Assembly: GCA_001029795.1 (NCBI GenBank)
Contig: CP011216.1
Coordinates: 6,903-70,902 of the forward strand
Length of the DNA: 64,000 bases
Direction: 5' to 3'
Source: a candidate division Kazan bacterium GW2011_GWA1_50_15
GTDB taxonomy: Bacteria > Patescibacteriota > Kazan-3B-28
The notes under the pieces were generated by a model. That model made no database searches. It saw only the letters and a list, made by a program, of their open reading frames with translations, and was not told where the DNA came from. Positions 15,779 through 24,974 of the stretch are shown here, one piece after another. The translations under genes and the position numbers were made by a program. The number at the start of each line of letters is the position of its first letter. Position 1 is the first letter of the stretch.

Positions 15779-17391
15779 TGGTAGAACGATTCGGGGGATA
15801 TACTCAGGAGCCTATGCCCGACGATGAACAGTCCGGGCTTGGGCACGAACACGGGAAAAGTTTCCTCCTGGATACACTTGCCGAAGAGCAGGTGGAGAGT
15901 CTTCTCGCGGATAAGCACTTGTCGAAAGAGGGCAAAGAGTTTGCCCGAGATTTTTGTGCCAAGGTAATGGAGCAAGTGCCCGAAGAGGCAAGCTTGTCTG
16001 AGATTAGAGAAATTTTCGCGCAAGTTACAGACACCTTTCCGCAAGAAGGGCGAGAGGGCAAGCTCTACAATCTGCTAGAAAAGTCGATCGAATTTCGTTT
16101 GCGCAATCTCGAGGAGGCTAAGGATGTGGCAGGGCTGCAATCATTGAACTCGCCACTGCTAGCAATGGTGGGCGAAATCAAGGAGCGCTATGCCAGTCTT
16201 CCGGATCAACCTGCAAACAACTCCATTATTACATCGGTGGTGAGCGCTAAGCGATTTCTATCGAGGATGGCGGAGGAGGTGCCGGAGCGCAACCTGTCTT
16301 TTCCCGATCCGACAGTGTCGGGAATATTCAAGGCCTTTCTTGAGGAGAAGTTTTCGATTCGGTTGCGGGAAGAATTGGCAACTAATCCTGAAGCAAGCCT
16401 AAAAAAACTAATGCAGTCGGTCGAGGCACGCATGAATCCGGAAGCGCTGACAGGCGAGTTTGCCGACTTTCTTAAGCAGGTGCCTTCAGTGAGGGCGGTA
16501 GAGCAAGCAGTACAAGATATAGTGACGGAACAGTCTCCTGCCGAGCGGTCGACCGAACGCAGGAGGAGAGGATGGCTCGGCGATGCGGTGAAAAAGTTGA
16601 GGTTAGGCGTAACTAAGACGGCTGTATTAGGTACTTTGCTCATAGGGATGGCCGCAGGTAGTCCGGGGGTTGAGCCGCAGGGACGCATGGTTGGGGACCA
16701 GGACGTAGCAAAAATTACTTTTACCCTGCCGGAGTGGACATCAACAGTAGAGTCAGCTCCAATTTACGAAGCTGGGGTAGTAAAAAATGAAAAAGATTTA
16801 GCGGTCGAAGTCGACCGCAGAGTCAATGAGGCTGCTGAGTTACTAGGTGAACCTTACGCCAGCCATATAAAGCAGTTTCTGGAAGACTCTAAGTGTTCTG
16901 TGGAGATTCTCCCAGAGGGCGATGCTTGGGGGGATCTTATTACACCCGATGATCCCGAGATTGAACTGCCCGATGGACACTTCATTATGCGTGTTAACGC
17001 TCAAGCTTTCAGCTCTCCAGAACGACTCGCGTCAGTGGTATTGCATGAAACGACTCACTGGCGTAATCATGAAGTTTTCGACCAAATGCTTCATAGTGAC
17101 GACTCTCAGATGAGCCTCTCAGAAAATTGGGAGCACTCGGTTTTAGTACATACTGCTGATGAAATGGCATCGTATGCGACTCAAATCCGGTGGTCGGATG
17201 AGCATCCGGAATTCGCTATCGGAATTGATGATTTACCTCAAAGTATCGTCGATGGTTACCGAGAATCGGACGAAGCCTTTGCCAGAGCAATTATGCTCAG
17301 CTATGGATTTTCCAGTAGATGCGTCATTAGCCATGAAAAAGCTCCGGAGAAAGTCGTACCTATTTATAGGTCCCTTGCTACAATTCGATAA
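15778..17391 (+). CDS. Hypothetical membrane-anchored protein with HExxH zinc-metallopeptidase-like motif (LHETTHW), 537 aa
   Basis: Acidic N-terminal half, one TM segment (TAVLGTLLIGMAAG), C-terminal domain with HETTH. Translationally coupled to the upstream ORF. Confidence 0.45.
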   Translation: MVERFGGYTQEPMPDDEQSGLGHEHGKSFLLDTLAEEQVESLLADKHLSKEGKEFARDFCAKVMEQVPEEASLSEIREIFAQVTDTFPQEGREGKLYNLLEKSIEFRLRNLEEAKDVAGLQSLNSPLLAMVGEIKERYASLPDQPANNSIITSVVSAKRFLSRMAEEVPERNLSFPDPTVSGIFKAFLEEKFSIRLREELATNPEASLKKLMQSVEARMNPEALTGEFADFLKQVPSVRAVEQAVQDIVTEQSPAERSTERRRRGWLGDAVKKLRLGVTKTAVLGTLLIGMAAGSPGVEPQGRMVGDQDVAKITFTLPEWTSTVESAPIYEAGVVKNEKDLAVEVDRRVNEAAELLGEPYASHIKQFLEDSKCSVEILPEGDAWGDLITPDDPEIELPDGHFIMRVNAQAFSSPERLASVVLHETTHWRNHEVFDQMLHSDDSQMSLSENWEHSVLVHTADEMASYATQIRWSDEHPEFAIGIDDLPQSIVDGYRESDEAFARAIMLSYGFSSRCVISHEKAPEKVVPIYRSLATIR

Positions 17392-17449
17392 TCGATCCCG
17401 ACCAGTCATACAATTGCGAGCTACAGCTAGCCTAAATCCCTAGCCTCTG

Positions 17450-17596
17450 CCACTGTCGCATTTGTCGCATTTTCTCCTATGGGTTCTTCAACTGACCCAG
17501 ATGCGTTCGGGCCCATCCAAAACCTCCGAATTATCTCCTTTGGAGTGGGTACTGAACCGAGCTGTTGAGCCAACTAGGACGATTAGTTATTTCAGC
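17450..17596. repeat. Repeat copy 3: tRNA-Asn 3'-end-like att-remnant repeat
   Basis: About 90% identical to copy 2 over the central 110 nt. 3' flank matches that of copy 1. Confidence 0.65.
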
Positions 17597-17843
17597 GGTG
17601 GGTGCAGCCGGCCCAACAGCAGGGGCGGCGCATACCGGATTTAAGCTTCGACAGCGTTTTTTCGATTCTGATGCCTCTGGTCTCAGATTTTTTGCCCGAG
17701 GTCACCCAACAGATCCATTCGTTGCGAGCCAACGGGGTAATGTCCTCCCAGGCGGCTAACGCCGCCGGGGCAGAGATGAGGGCTTGGCGTAAATCGGGCG
17801 GCAGCTTGTGAACTACGCCATCGGCAACTTCCGGTTTGGTCAT
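17592..17843 (-). CDS. YdeI/OmpD-associated (OmdA) family small protein
   Basis: ITPLARNEWICWVTSGKK.ETR..RI and the C-terminal RRPCCWAGCTH fit the YdeI/OmdA family pattern. Confidence 0.5.
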   Translation of the reverse strand: MTKPEVADGVVHKLPPDLRQALISAPAALAAWEDITPLARNEWICWVTSGKKSETRGIRIEKTLSKLKSGMRRPCCWAGCTHR

Positions 17844-17919
17844 AGATTTATACTATCGCAAGTAGAGTACCGTGTGTCTAATTTGCATAGATGAAGATAC
17901 TTGGTGCTAAAATACCCGT

Positions 17920-18894
17920 ATGCCACAAGGATTTTGGGGAAAATTGAAGCGGCCGATTTTGGCGCTAGCGCCGATGGCGGATGTGACTGACGCGGCTTCT
18001 CGGCGGATTATTGCCAAATACGGCAAGCCGGATGTGATGTGGACCGAGTTTGTTTCGTGTGACGGATTGTGTTCGGCGAAGGGGCGGAAGGCGTTGTTGG
18101 TGGACCTAAAATATAGCGAGGCCGAGCGGCCGATAGTGGCGCAGATTTTTGGGAGTACTCCAGCGCATTTTTATGAATGTGCTAGATTACTGAAAAAACT
18201 AAAGTTTGATGGGATTGATATCAATATGGGCTGTCCTGACCGCAAGGTAGAAAAACAAGGCGGTGGGGCCAAGTTGATGTTAAATCCCCAGTTAGCCCAA
18301 GAAATTATCCGCGAGACCAAGCGCGGGGCCGGGGGTCTGCCGGTGTCGGTCAAAACCCGCATCGGCTATAACCAGCGCGATGTTGCCAAATGGATAGGGA
18401 CGTTGATCGAGGCCGAGCCGGCGGCGATCACTATTCACGCTCGGACGCGTAAGGAAATGTCGAAAGTGCCGGCGGACTGGCAGGCGATCGCCGAAGTGGT
18501 GAGGTTGGTGCGGGCGTCGGGCAAAGACATTCTGGTCATCGGTAATGGGGATGTGAAGAATTTGGCTGACGCCAAGCGGAGGGCGAAGGAATCCGGGGCT
18601 GACGGGGTGATGATCGGTCGGGGGATATTCGGCAACCCCTGGTTGTTTAGTCGATCAAAAAAACGGATAACACTGGCAGATAAACTAGCCGTGCTGGCAG
18701 AACACGCCAGATTATTTGAGCGGCTGACGCCCAAAAAGAACTTTTCCGTTATGAAAAAACACTTCAAGGCCTATGTATCCGGTTTTGAGGGTGCAGCCGA
18801 GTTAAGAGCCCGATTGATGGCGGCGAATAGTGCCGTGGAGGTGGCCAAATTGGTACGAAGTGTCGGCCCGGCCCGCCGACATGGAGGACTTTAG
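17920..18894 (+). CDS. tRNA-dihydrouridine synthase
   Basis: LAPMADVTDAASRRI N-terminus and the TIM-barrel FMN-binding pattern of Dus proteins. Confidence 0.8.
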   Translation: MPQGFWGKLKRPILALAPMADVTDAASRRIIAKYGKPDVMWTEFVSCDGLCSAKGRKALLVDLKYSEAERPIVAQIFGSTPAHFYECARLLKKLKFDGIDINMGCPDRKVEKQGGGAKLMLNPQLAQEIIRETKRGAGGLPVSVKTRIGYNQRDVAKWIGTLIEAEPAAITIHARTRKEMSKVPADWQAIAEVVRLVRASGKDILVIGNGDVKNLADAKRRAKESGADGVMIGRGIFGNPWLFSRSKKRITLADKLAVLAEHARLFERLTPKKNFSVMKKHFKAYVSGFEGAAELRARLMAANSAVEVAKLVRSVGPARRHGGL

Positions 18895-18977
18895 GGACTT
18901 ATCCACACTTTCTTGTATTTACTTTTGACGCAAAAGTCCAATAATTAATTTGATATCATTAATCATTGGGGAGCTCC

Positions 18978-19016
18978 AATGCCAGCAAAGAAGAAGAAGA
19001 AGAAAGCAAAGAAGTA
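18978..19016 (+). CDS. 12-codon poly-lysine mini-ORF (MPAKKKKKKAKK)
   Basis: ATG preceded by gggga; followed by hairpin agcgggg...cccgct + T-run at about 19040-19078. Coding status uncertain. Confidence 0.25.
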
Positions 19017-19152
19017 GTCTTTATTTGCAATGATAATGAGCGGGGTCTCTAGGTTCGTCTGGCGGTCCCGCTTTTTGATACCGGCCCAGGCAGTGGTAAA
19101 ATATGGCTAGGGTCGAGAGACTATAACAGTTTTATCAAGGGCATTATTCATT

Positions 19153-19344
19153 ATGAAGTGGTTAATCTTTATTCTGGTGGTGATCGGGGCCTTGAACTGG
19201 GGATTGTACGGCTTCTTCGGTTTTGATCTGGTTGCCGCCTTGTTCGGCGCTACCGGTATTCTGTCCCGGGTCATCTATGACTTGGTTGGTTTAGCCGGTC
19301 TGTACATGCTGTTCACTTATGGCATGTGGATGGGTAAGAAGTAG
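19153..19344 (+). CDS. DUF378-family small membrane protein
   Basis: WLIFILVVIGALNWGLYGFFGFDLVAALFG is the DUF378 signature. Confidence 0.6.
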   Translation: MKWLIFILVVIGALNWGLYGFFGFDLVAALFGATGILSRVIYDLVGLAGLYMLFTYGMWMGKK

Positions 19345-19368
19345 TCTTTTTATCGACCGATAAAATAA

Positions 19369-19399
19369 AGGCACCCCGCCTGCGGCGGGGTGCCTTTGC
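19369..19399 (+). terminator. Rho-independent terminator
   Basis: ggcaccccgcc-tgc-ggcggggtgcc hairpin followed by tttg. Confidence 0.6.
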
Positions 19400-19420
19400 A
19401 GAATGATATACTGATGACCG

Positions 19421-20113
19421 ATGGCTACTGAACGTCTACATAAGTTTCTGGCTCGGGCGGGGATAGCAAGCCGACGATTAGCCGAGGATATGATCCGACA
19501 TGGCCGTGTCAATGTGAACGGAGTGGAAGCGACTCTGGGCATGTCGATAAACCCTGACATTGACAAGGTAACTTGTGACGGCAAATCTGTGGAGCAGGCG
19601 GAGGCCGTTATTTACGCTTTCAATAAGCCGGTTGGGGTTACATCTACGGTCCGGGATCGATATGCGGCAAAAACAGTGGCAGAGTTCTTCCCTAAGAACC
19701 AACGGGTTTATCCCGCAGGACGGCTCGATAAGAATAGCTCTGGGTTATTGCTGATTACTAACGACGGCGAGTTGGCGAACCAGCTGATGCATCCCAGATA
19801 CAGCCACGAGAAGGAGTATGTGGTGGAGCTGAGCGGGGTTAGTTCCGATAACATTAAGAAGTTTACCCATCGATTTCGCTTGGATGGCGCGCAGACTCAG
19901 CCGATGAGGGTTGCTAAGATCAAACGAGTGATGGTTGGCCGGTGGTTAGTGAACTTGGTTTTGAAAGAGGGGAAAAAGCGGCAGATCAGACGTGTTGCAA
20001 ACCTTCTAGGCTATACTGTGGAGCAGTTGGCTCGAGTGCGAGTGGGTAAGTTGCGGTTAGGCGATCTCCGGCCGGGTGAGTGGAGAATTGTTAAGCGGGA
20101 AGATATAATCTAG
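19421..20113 (+). CDS. Pseudouridine synthase, RsuA/RluB family (S4 domain + catalytic domain)
   Basis: N-terminal S4-like LHKFLARAGIASRR and GRLDKNSSGLLLITNDGELANQL catalytic motif. Confidence 0.75.
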   Translation: MATERLHKFLARAGIASRRLAEDMIRHGRVNVNGVEATLGMSINPDIDKVTCDGKSVEQAEAVIYAFNKPVGVTSTVRDRYAAKTVAEFFPKNQRVYPAGRLDKNSSGLLLITNDGELANQLMHPRYSHEKEYVVELSGVSSDNIKKFTHRFRLDGAQTQPMRVAKIKRVMVGRWLVNLVLKEGKKRQIRRVANLLGYTVEQLARVRVGKLRLGDLRPGEWRIVKREDII

Positions 20114-20115
20114 AC

Positions 20116-20190
20116 GGGTCCGTAGCTCAGTGGTAGAGCAGTCCCCTCATAAGGGATGGGTCGTAGGTTCGATCCCTACCGGACCCACCA
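20116..20190 (+). tRNA. tRNA-Met, elongator (anticodon CAT)
   Basis: Acceptor gggtccg/cggaccc fully paired (G1-C72), anticodon loop ctCATaa, T-arm gtaggttcgatccctac, CCA encoded. Confidence 0.75.
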
Positions 20191-20200
20191 ACAGATCAGA

Positions 20201-20932
20201 ATGTCAGAATTCACACAAGACGGGCTAACTTGGTCTATGTCTGGTATTGCGGACGGCAATATGTCTTTCTTGTGGGGTAGTCACGACGAAGTACTTGAGA
20301 GCCGGAATAAGTTTTTAGAATCGGTCGGGCTGAGTTTGGATGACTGTGTAGCAGTGCGGATCCAAGATGGTGATAAAATCGCTTTAGTGGGTCAGGATGA
20401 TCTAGCGAAGGGCGCGAGAGAGATTGACACGGCAATTCGGGCCGATGCGATGCTCACCGACAGAAATGGTTTAGGTTTGTTCTTGGTGGTCGCCGACTGC
20501 CTTCCGATTATTTATTGGGACTCGGCTAGGCGGGTATTGGGCTTGGCCCATCTAAGTTGGAAGACGAGCATGTTGGGTCTGGCGGGAAAAGTTGTGGCTC
20601 AGATGCAGCAGCAGTTTGATTGTAAGCCGGAAAATATACAGGTATTCATTGGCCCAGGAGCGAAACCAGAGTCCTATACTTTCTCTGACGCGATCCAAAG
20701 GGGTTTAAAGGAGTGGCAACCGTTCATCAGACAATTATCTGATGGGCAGACGGCGATAGATCTATTTGGTTATAACCAATTTATTTTGACGAAGTATGGG
20801 ATACCAGAATCAAATATCGTTGTAAGCCAAGTAGATACAATCGGGGATGAGAGATTTTTTTCTCACTATCGTGCCGAAACCAAGCAACGGGGGGATAATG
20901 GCCGCAACGCTGTCGTGGTTATGATGAAGTAG
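20201..20932 (+). CDS. pgeF: YfiH/PgeF (DUF152) purine-nucleoside phosphorylase / laccase-domain protein
   Basis: LFLVVADCLPIIYWD...LAHLSWKT and a C-terminal His motif typical of DUF152. The listed ORF starts inside the tRNA; start moved to Met at 20201. Confidence 0.65.
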   Translation: MSEFTQDGLTWSMSGIADGNMSFLWGSHDEVLESRNKFLESVGLSLDDCVAVRIQDGDKIALVGQDDLAKGAREIDTAIRADAMLTDRNGLGLFLVVADCLPIIYWDSARRVLGLAHLSWKTSMLGLAGKVVAQMQQQFDCKPENIQVFIGPGAKPESYTFSDAIQRGLKEWQPFIRQLSDGQTAIDLFGYNQFILTKYGIPESNIVVSQVDTIGDERFFSHYRAETKQRGDNGRNAVVVMMK

Positions 20933-21021
20933 AATAGGACGCCAACGCACGAACCCATGCTGCGCAGGGTTCTCGTCCATACCCCCAAAATTAAAATAGC
21001 CCCTAGGGGGCGATTTTAATT

Positions 21022-21096
21022 TGGATGCGGGGGTGGGATTCGAACCCACGACCTGAAGGTTATGAGCCTTCCGAGCTACCACTGCTCTACCCCGCG
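21022..21096 (-). tRNA. Initiator tRNA-fMet (anticodon CAT)
   Basis: Reverse complement cgcggggtagagcagtggtagctcggaaggctCATaaccttcaggtcgtgggttcgaatcccacccccgca-t-cca. C1 x A72 acceptor mismatch and near-identity to the E. coli tRNA-fMet acceptor/T arms. Confidence 0.75.
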
Positions 21097-21127
21097 GGTA
21101 GATATTAGCAGGTGATAGGTGATTTGT

Positions 21128-21541
21128 CTATCCAAAGAAGTAGCGCCACCACTTCTGTGGGTTGTTGGGGACGAGGGATCCATTCGTGTCGGGCTGTTCT
21201 TTGATGTTACCCTCTTGAAATCTGGCGGTGTCGTCATCTGGGATTATCAGAACGATCTCGCCGGGTTTTTGATAGTTGAGTTTAGCGCGCGCTTCCTTGT
21301 CTTTGAATGACTCTGTTTGGCGATAAGCGATCAGATTTTGCAGATAATTATTCTGCAGCTTCAGCTCAGCGTTCTCATCCCGCAGCCGGATCAGTTCTTT
21401 GTTGATCTGGTAGTTCTGCCACAGGGCTTGGATAGTGGAGACTATCATATAGACCGCTATCACCACCCCAATGGTCATGATCATGCGGACTCGCAGTTCG
21501 CGACCCTGAAGGAGTTGGATTTTTGGGAGTTTGCCCGACAT
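21128..21541 (-). CDS. ftsB: Septum formation initiator FtsB/DivIC family protein
   Basis: Single TM then coiled coil LWQNYQINKELIRLRDENAELKLQNNYLQNLI typical of FtsB. The true start may be an internal Met. Confidence 0.6.
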   Translation of the reverse strand: MSGKLPKIQLLQGRELRVRMIMTIGVVIAVYMIVSTIQALWQNYQINKELIRLRDENAELKLQNNYLQNLIAYRQTESFKDKEARAKLNYQKPGEIVLIIPDDDTARFQEGNIKEQPDTNGSLVPNNPQKWWRYFFG

Positions 21542-21599
21542 AGCAACATAAGTGTAACAAAAAGATACATCCTATCTGGTCTTGAGCTACAATTAGAAT

Positions 21600-21893
21600 A
21601 TGGAACTAGAGGATACGCATTTTAAGCCAGAAGGGGGGCCGGCTAATGTGGGGGGCTATGAGGGAGAGACTGAAGCCCAACGCAAGCTACGGCTGCACCC
21701 CGAAGAGGCCATCTTGGAGCAGACGATCGAGACATTGTGGGAGAAACTAGGGGCTGACGGCGTGGAGATGTTATTTAGAGTCCACAACTACGATCCGGAC
21801 AATCCCCAACAGCGGGACGAAGATAGGATCTACCGTGCTCTCCATGAAAGATTGGCCAAGGACCAGACTCAGCGCAAGAACAAGAAGCAGTAG
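21600..21893 (+). CDS. Hypothetical small charged protein
   Basis: ORF only. Confidence 0.3.
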   Translation: MELEDTHFKPEGGPANVGGYEGETEAQRKLRLHPEEAILEQTIETLWEKLGADGVEMLFRVHNYDPDNPQQRDEDRIYRALHERLAKDQTQRKNKKQ

Positions 21894-21960
21894 CGGTAAT
21901 GGTAGCCAGGCAATATTGCAACTAACCCGTCAATGGACAGGTTAGCCTTAAGTTCTATTT

Positions 21961-22035
21961 TGGTGCCAGCGACAGGATTCGCACCTGTGACCAACGGCTT
22001 ATGAGTCCGCTGCTCTACTGCTGAGCTACGCTGGC
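21961..22035 (-). tRNA. tRNA-Ile2 (anticodon CAT, presumed lysidine-modified) or a third tRNA-Met
   Basis: Reverse complement gccagcgtagctcagcagtagagcagcggactCATaagccgttggtcacaggtgcgaatcctgtcgctggcacca. It is the third CAU tRNA and lies next to tilS. Confidence 0.65.
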
Positions 22036-22192
22036 TCGTCGCAACAGCTTCGCGTGACGCACGAACAGGATGAACCTGTTCGGCTTTTGTCGCTCAGCGT
22101 TGCTCCTCTCCCCAACCTGTTCGCTTCGCTAGACCAGGTCGGGGACCCCCCACGGGATAAAACTGCAACTTTAGTATAGTAGAGTTGGACAA

Positions 22193-23176
22193 ATGAAAAA
22201 ACAAGACCTGTCACAATTGGCGCGTCTAGGACTGAGTAGTGCTGGCGTGAGGCGGGGCGAAGTGTTAGTGCTGGCCGTCTCGGGCGGACCAGATTCAATG
22301 GCGCTTCTGGAAGTGATGCGTAAGCTGGCCCCATCAGTTGGTTGGCGGCTGCAGATTGTCCACGTTAACCACGGTCTGCGTCCCGCATCGAAGCGGGAGG
22401 CTAAACTGGTGCAGGCTTACTGTGCAAAGTATAAGCTCGCATGCTCAGTCGAAACGCTCCGCTGGCCAGCCAGGCTGCGTCAGGCTAAGACGCGGGTCGA
22501 GGAGACGGCGCGGGAGTTGAGATATCAAGTTTTACGTAAGATGATTAGCCAACTGGGGGCCAGATGGATAGTTACCGCGCACAACGCGGACGATCAGGTT
22601 GAAACGGTGGTCTTTAATTTTCTGCGGGGTAGCGGGGTGAGAGGCCTCGGCGGGATGCGAACAGTGTCTGGTGACGTGATCCGGCCATGGTTAACCGTAC
22701 CGAAGACCGCCTTGCTGAAATACGTGAAACAGCATCGTGTACCATTCGCGGTTGACGAAACTAACCTTCAGCCACGGTTTACGCGGAATCGGATCCGTCA
22801 CCAACTACTACCGATTCTGCGATCGTATAATCCAAAAGTTGATGAGATCCTCCTCCAAAATAGCGGTCTGTTCCAGCAAGCTGATTGGGTGTTGCGAGAT
22901 CTGGCACGGCAATATATGAACTTGATAGGAACGGTAAAGAGTGATAAGGTGAACATCTCGATTTCGCGGCTGCGAGAACTAGTGCCGCTGATGCAGATGG
23001 AGGTGGTTAAGGTGGCGATCGAGAAGGTGGCTGGGCCGGCATACAACTGGCGGGGGAGTCATTTCCAAGAGGTAATGAAGCTGCTGGCTGGGCCGGGGAC
23101 TCAAGGTGAAAAGAGGCTGCCGGGTAAATTGTTGGTGGCCAGAAGCCGTGATACGATAACCATTAGTCGAGGATAG
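22193..23176 (+). CDS. tilS: tRNA(Ile)-lysidine synthetase TilS
   Basis: PP-loop [13 protein letters not shown] and overall TilS length/pattern. Confidence 0.8.
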   Translation: MKKQDLSQLARLGLSSAGVRRGEVLVLAVSGGPDSMALLEVMRKLAPSVGWRLQIVHVNHGLRPASKREAKLVQAYCAKYKLACSVETLRWPARLRQAKTRVEETARELRYQVLRKMISQLGARWIVTAHNADDQVETVVFNFLRGSGVRGLGGMRTVSGDVIRPWLTVPKTALLKYVKQHRVPFAVDETNLQPRFTRNRIRHQLLPILRSYNPKVDEILLQNSGLFQQADWVLRDLARQYMNLIGTVKSDKVNISISRLRELVPLMQMEVVKVAIEKVAGPAYNWRGSHFQEVMKLLAGPGTQGEKRLPGKLLVARSRDTITISRG

Positions 23177-23180
23177 GAGT

Positions 23181-24971
23181 ATGAGATCCAATTTTGTCAG
23201 AATAGTGGGGTACGCCCTGGTCGTGTTGGTGGTGATGGCCCTACTTTATAGTTTGTTTGGTTACAGTGGGACTGCACCGCAGTGGGTGCCAATTTCTGAT
23301 GTGGCAAGATTGATCGATGCTGGCAAGGTGGACAAACTTGAGATCAAAGGCAGTGAGATAACGGTCATTACGACCGATGGTAAGCAGTTTTTGGCTCGCA
23401 AAGAGGATAACGTGTCGCTCAAAGATAGCGGGATAGACACCTCTCGGGTAGAAGTCGAGGTGTTAGACGATCAAACGAGTGCTCTGTGGCTGGGGGTGTT
23501 ATCGTCGTTTCTTCCATTCCTGCTCATATTGGGATTTTTGTGGTTTATGTTCCGCCAGGCGCAAGGGTCAGGCAATCAAGCGTTGTCTTTTGGTAAATCC
23601 CGGGCGCGGCTCCAGGTCGGGACAAAAAATCGCATTACCTTCAAGGATGTAGCTGGATCGCACGAGGCTAAACAAGAATTAGTGGAGGTAGTCGAGTTTC
23701 TGAAATACCCAAGCAAATTTATTAATCTCGGCGCTAGGATCCCCAAAGGAGTATTACTAGTAGGCCCGCCTGGGACGGGGAAAACTCTCATGGCGCGCGC
23801 GGTGGCTGGCGAAGCCGGTGTCCCATTCTTTAATATTAGCGGTAGTGAGTTCGTGGAGATGTTTGTCGGCGTAGGCGCTTCGCGAGTGCGCGATTTGTTT
23901 ACTAAAGCCAAGCGCAATGCGCCGGCTATCGTCTTTATTGATGAGATCGACGCGGTCGGCCGCCAGCGGGGAGCGGGACTCGGCGGTGGCCATGATGAAC
24001 GCGAACAGACTCTCAACCAGATCCTGGTTGAGATGGATGGGTTCGAAACCGATACCAATGTTATCGTGATAGCAGCCACTAACCGGCCAGATGTATTGGA
24101 CCCAGCCCTACTTAGGCCGGGGCGGTTTGACCGGCGAGTAACACTGGAGCGGCCAGACATTAAAGATCGCGAAGATATTTTGGCGGTGCATACTAAAAAC
24201 AAGCCGCTTGATTCAACGGTTGATTTGCACCAGGTCGCCGCCCATACCCCAGGGTTCTCCGGTGCTGACTTGCAGAACTTGGTCAACGAAGGCGCTATTC
24301 TAGCGGCGCGGCATAATCAAAAGGTAATTACGCGCCAAGACCTCGATGAGGCGGTGGAGAAGGTGCTGCTGGGGCCGGAGCGTAAGAACAAGATTCTATC
24401 CGAACAAGAGAAAGAGATCACGGCCTACCACGAGGCTGGCCACGCTGTGGTAGCCCACATTCTGCCTCACACTGATCCAGTCCACAAAGTGTCGATCGTG
24501 AGCCGTGGGATGGCTCTAGGGTACACCTGGAGCATGCCAGAGCGGGATAGACATCTGCATAGTAAATCTCAGTTCATGGACGAGCTGGCACACATGTTGG
24601 GTGGCCGAGCGGCGGAGAAACTGATATTTAAAGAGGTGACTACGGGTGCCTCCAACGATCTGCAGCGGGCTACCGAGTTAGCCCGAGAGATGGTAACTCG
24701 ATTTGGGATGAGCGAGCGACTGGGTCCAATGACCTTTGGCCGACGTGAAGAGATGATATTTTTAGGCAGAGAGATCCACGAAGATAGGAACTATAGCGAC
24801 AAGATAGCGTCCATCATCGACGAAGAGGTGTCTAGTATTATCGATACGGCTGACAAGCGGGCAGAGAAGGTGTTGAAAGAATACACCAAAGAGTTGCGGG
24901 CTATCGCGGCTGAGTTGATCAAAAAAGAATCCCTGTCACGTGATGAGTTCGAAAGTTTTTTTGACGAGTAG
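23181..24971 (+). CDS. ftsH: ATP-dependent zinc metalloprotease FtsH
   Basis: N-terminal TMs, Walker [12 protein letters not shown] region, HEAGHAVV zinc site. Confidence 0.9.
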   Translation: MRSNFVRIVGYALVVLVVMALLYSLFGYSGTAPQWVPISDVARLIDAGKVDKLEIKGSEITVITTDGKQFLARKEDNVSLKDSGIDTSRVEVEVLDDQTSALWLGVLSSFLPFLLILGFLWFMFRQAQGSGNQALSFGKSRARLQVGTKNRITFKDVAGSHEAKQELVEVVEFLKYPSKFINLGARIPKGVLLVGPPGTGKTLMARAVAGEAGVPFFNISGSEFVEMFVGVGASRVRDLFTKAKRNAPAIVFIDEIDAVGRQRGAGLGGGHDEREQTLNQILVEMDGFETDTNVIVIAATNRPDVLDPALLRPGRFDRRVTLERPDIKDREDILAVHTKNKPLDSTVDLHQVAAHTPGFSGADLQNLVNEGAILAARHNQKVITRQDLDEAVEKVLLGPERKNKILSEQEKEITAYHEAGHAVVAHILPHTDPVHKVSIVSRGMALGYTWSMPERDRHLHSKSQFMDELAHMLGGRAAEKLIFKEVTTGASNDLQRATELAREMVTRFGMSERLGPMTFGRREEMIFLGREIHEDRNYSDKIASIIDEEVSSIIDTADKRAEKVLKEYTKELRAIAAELIKKESLSRDEFESFFDE

Positions 24972-24974
24972 TGC

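Noticed and set aside
16206-16688. 160-aa antisense ORF inside the HExxH protein gene
   Set aside because: It is a GC-rich antisense frame with no independent signals.
20156-20200. Upstream extension of the pgeF ORF
   Set aside because: It would be translated from within tRNA-Met. The start was moved to the Met at 20201.
23576-24286. 236-aa antisense ORF inside ftsH
   Set aside because: It is fully contained in the highly conserved ftsH coding region. It has a Pro/Ser/Arg-rich composition typical of antisense GC-rich frames.
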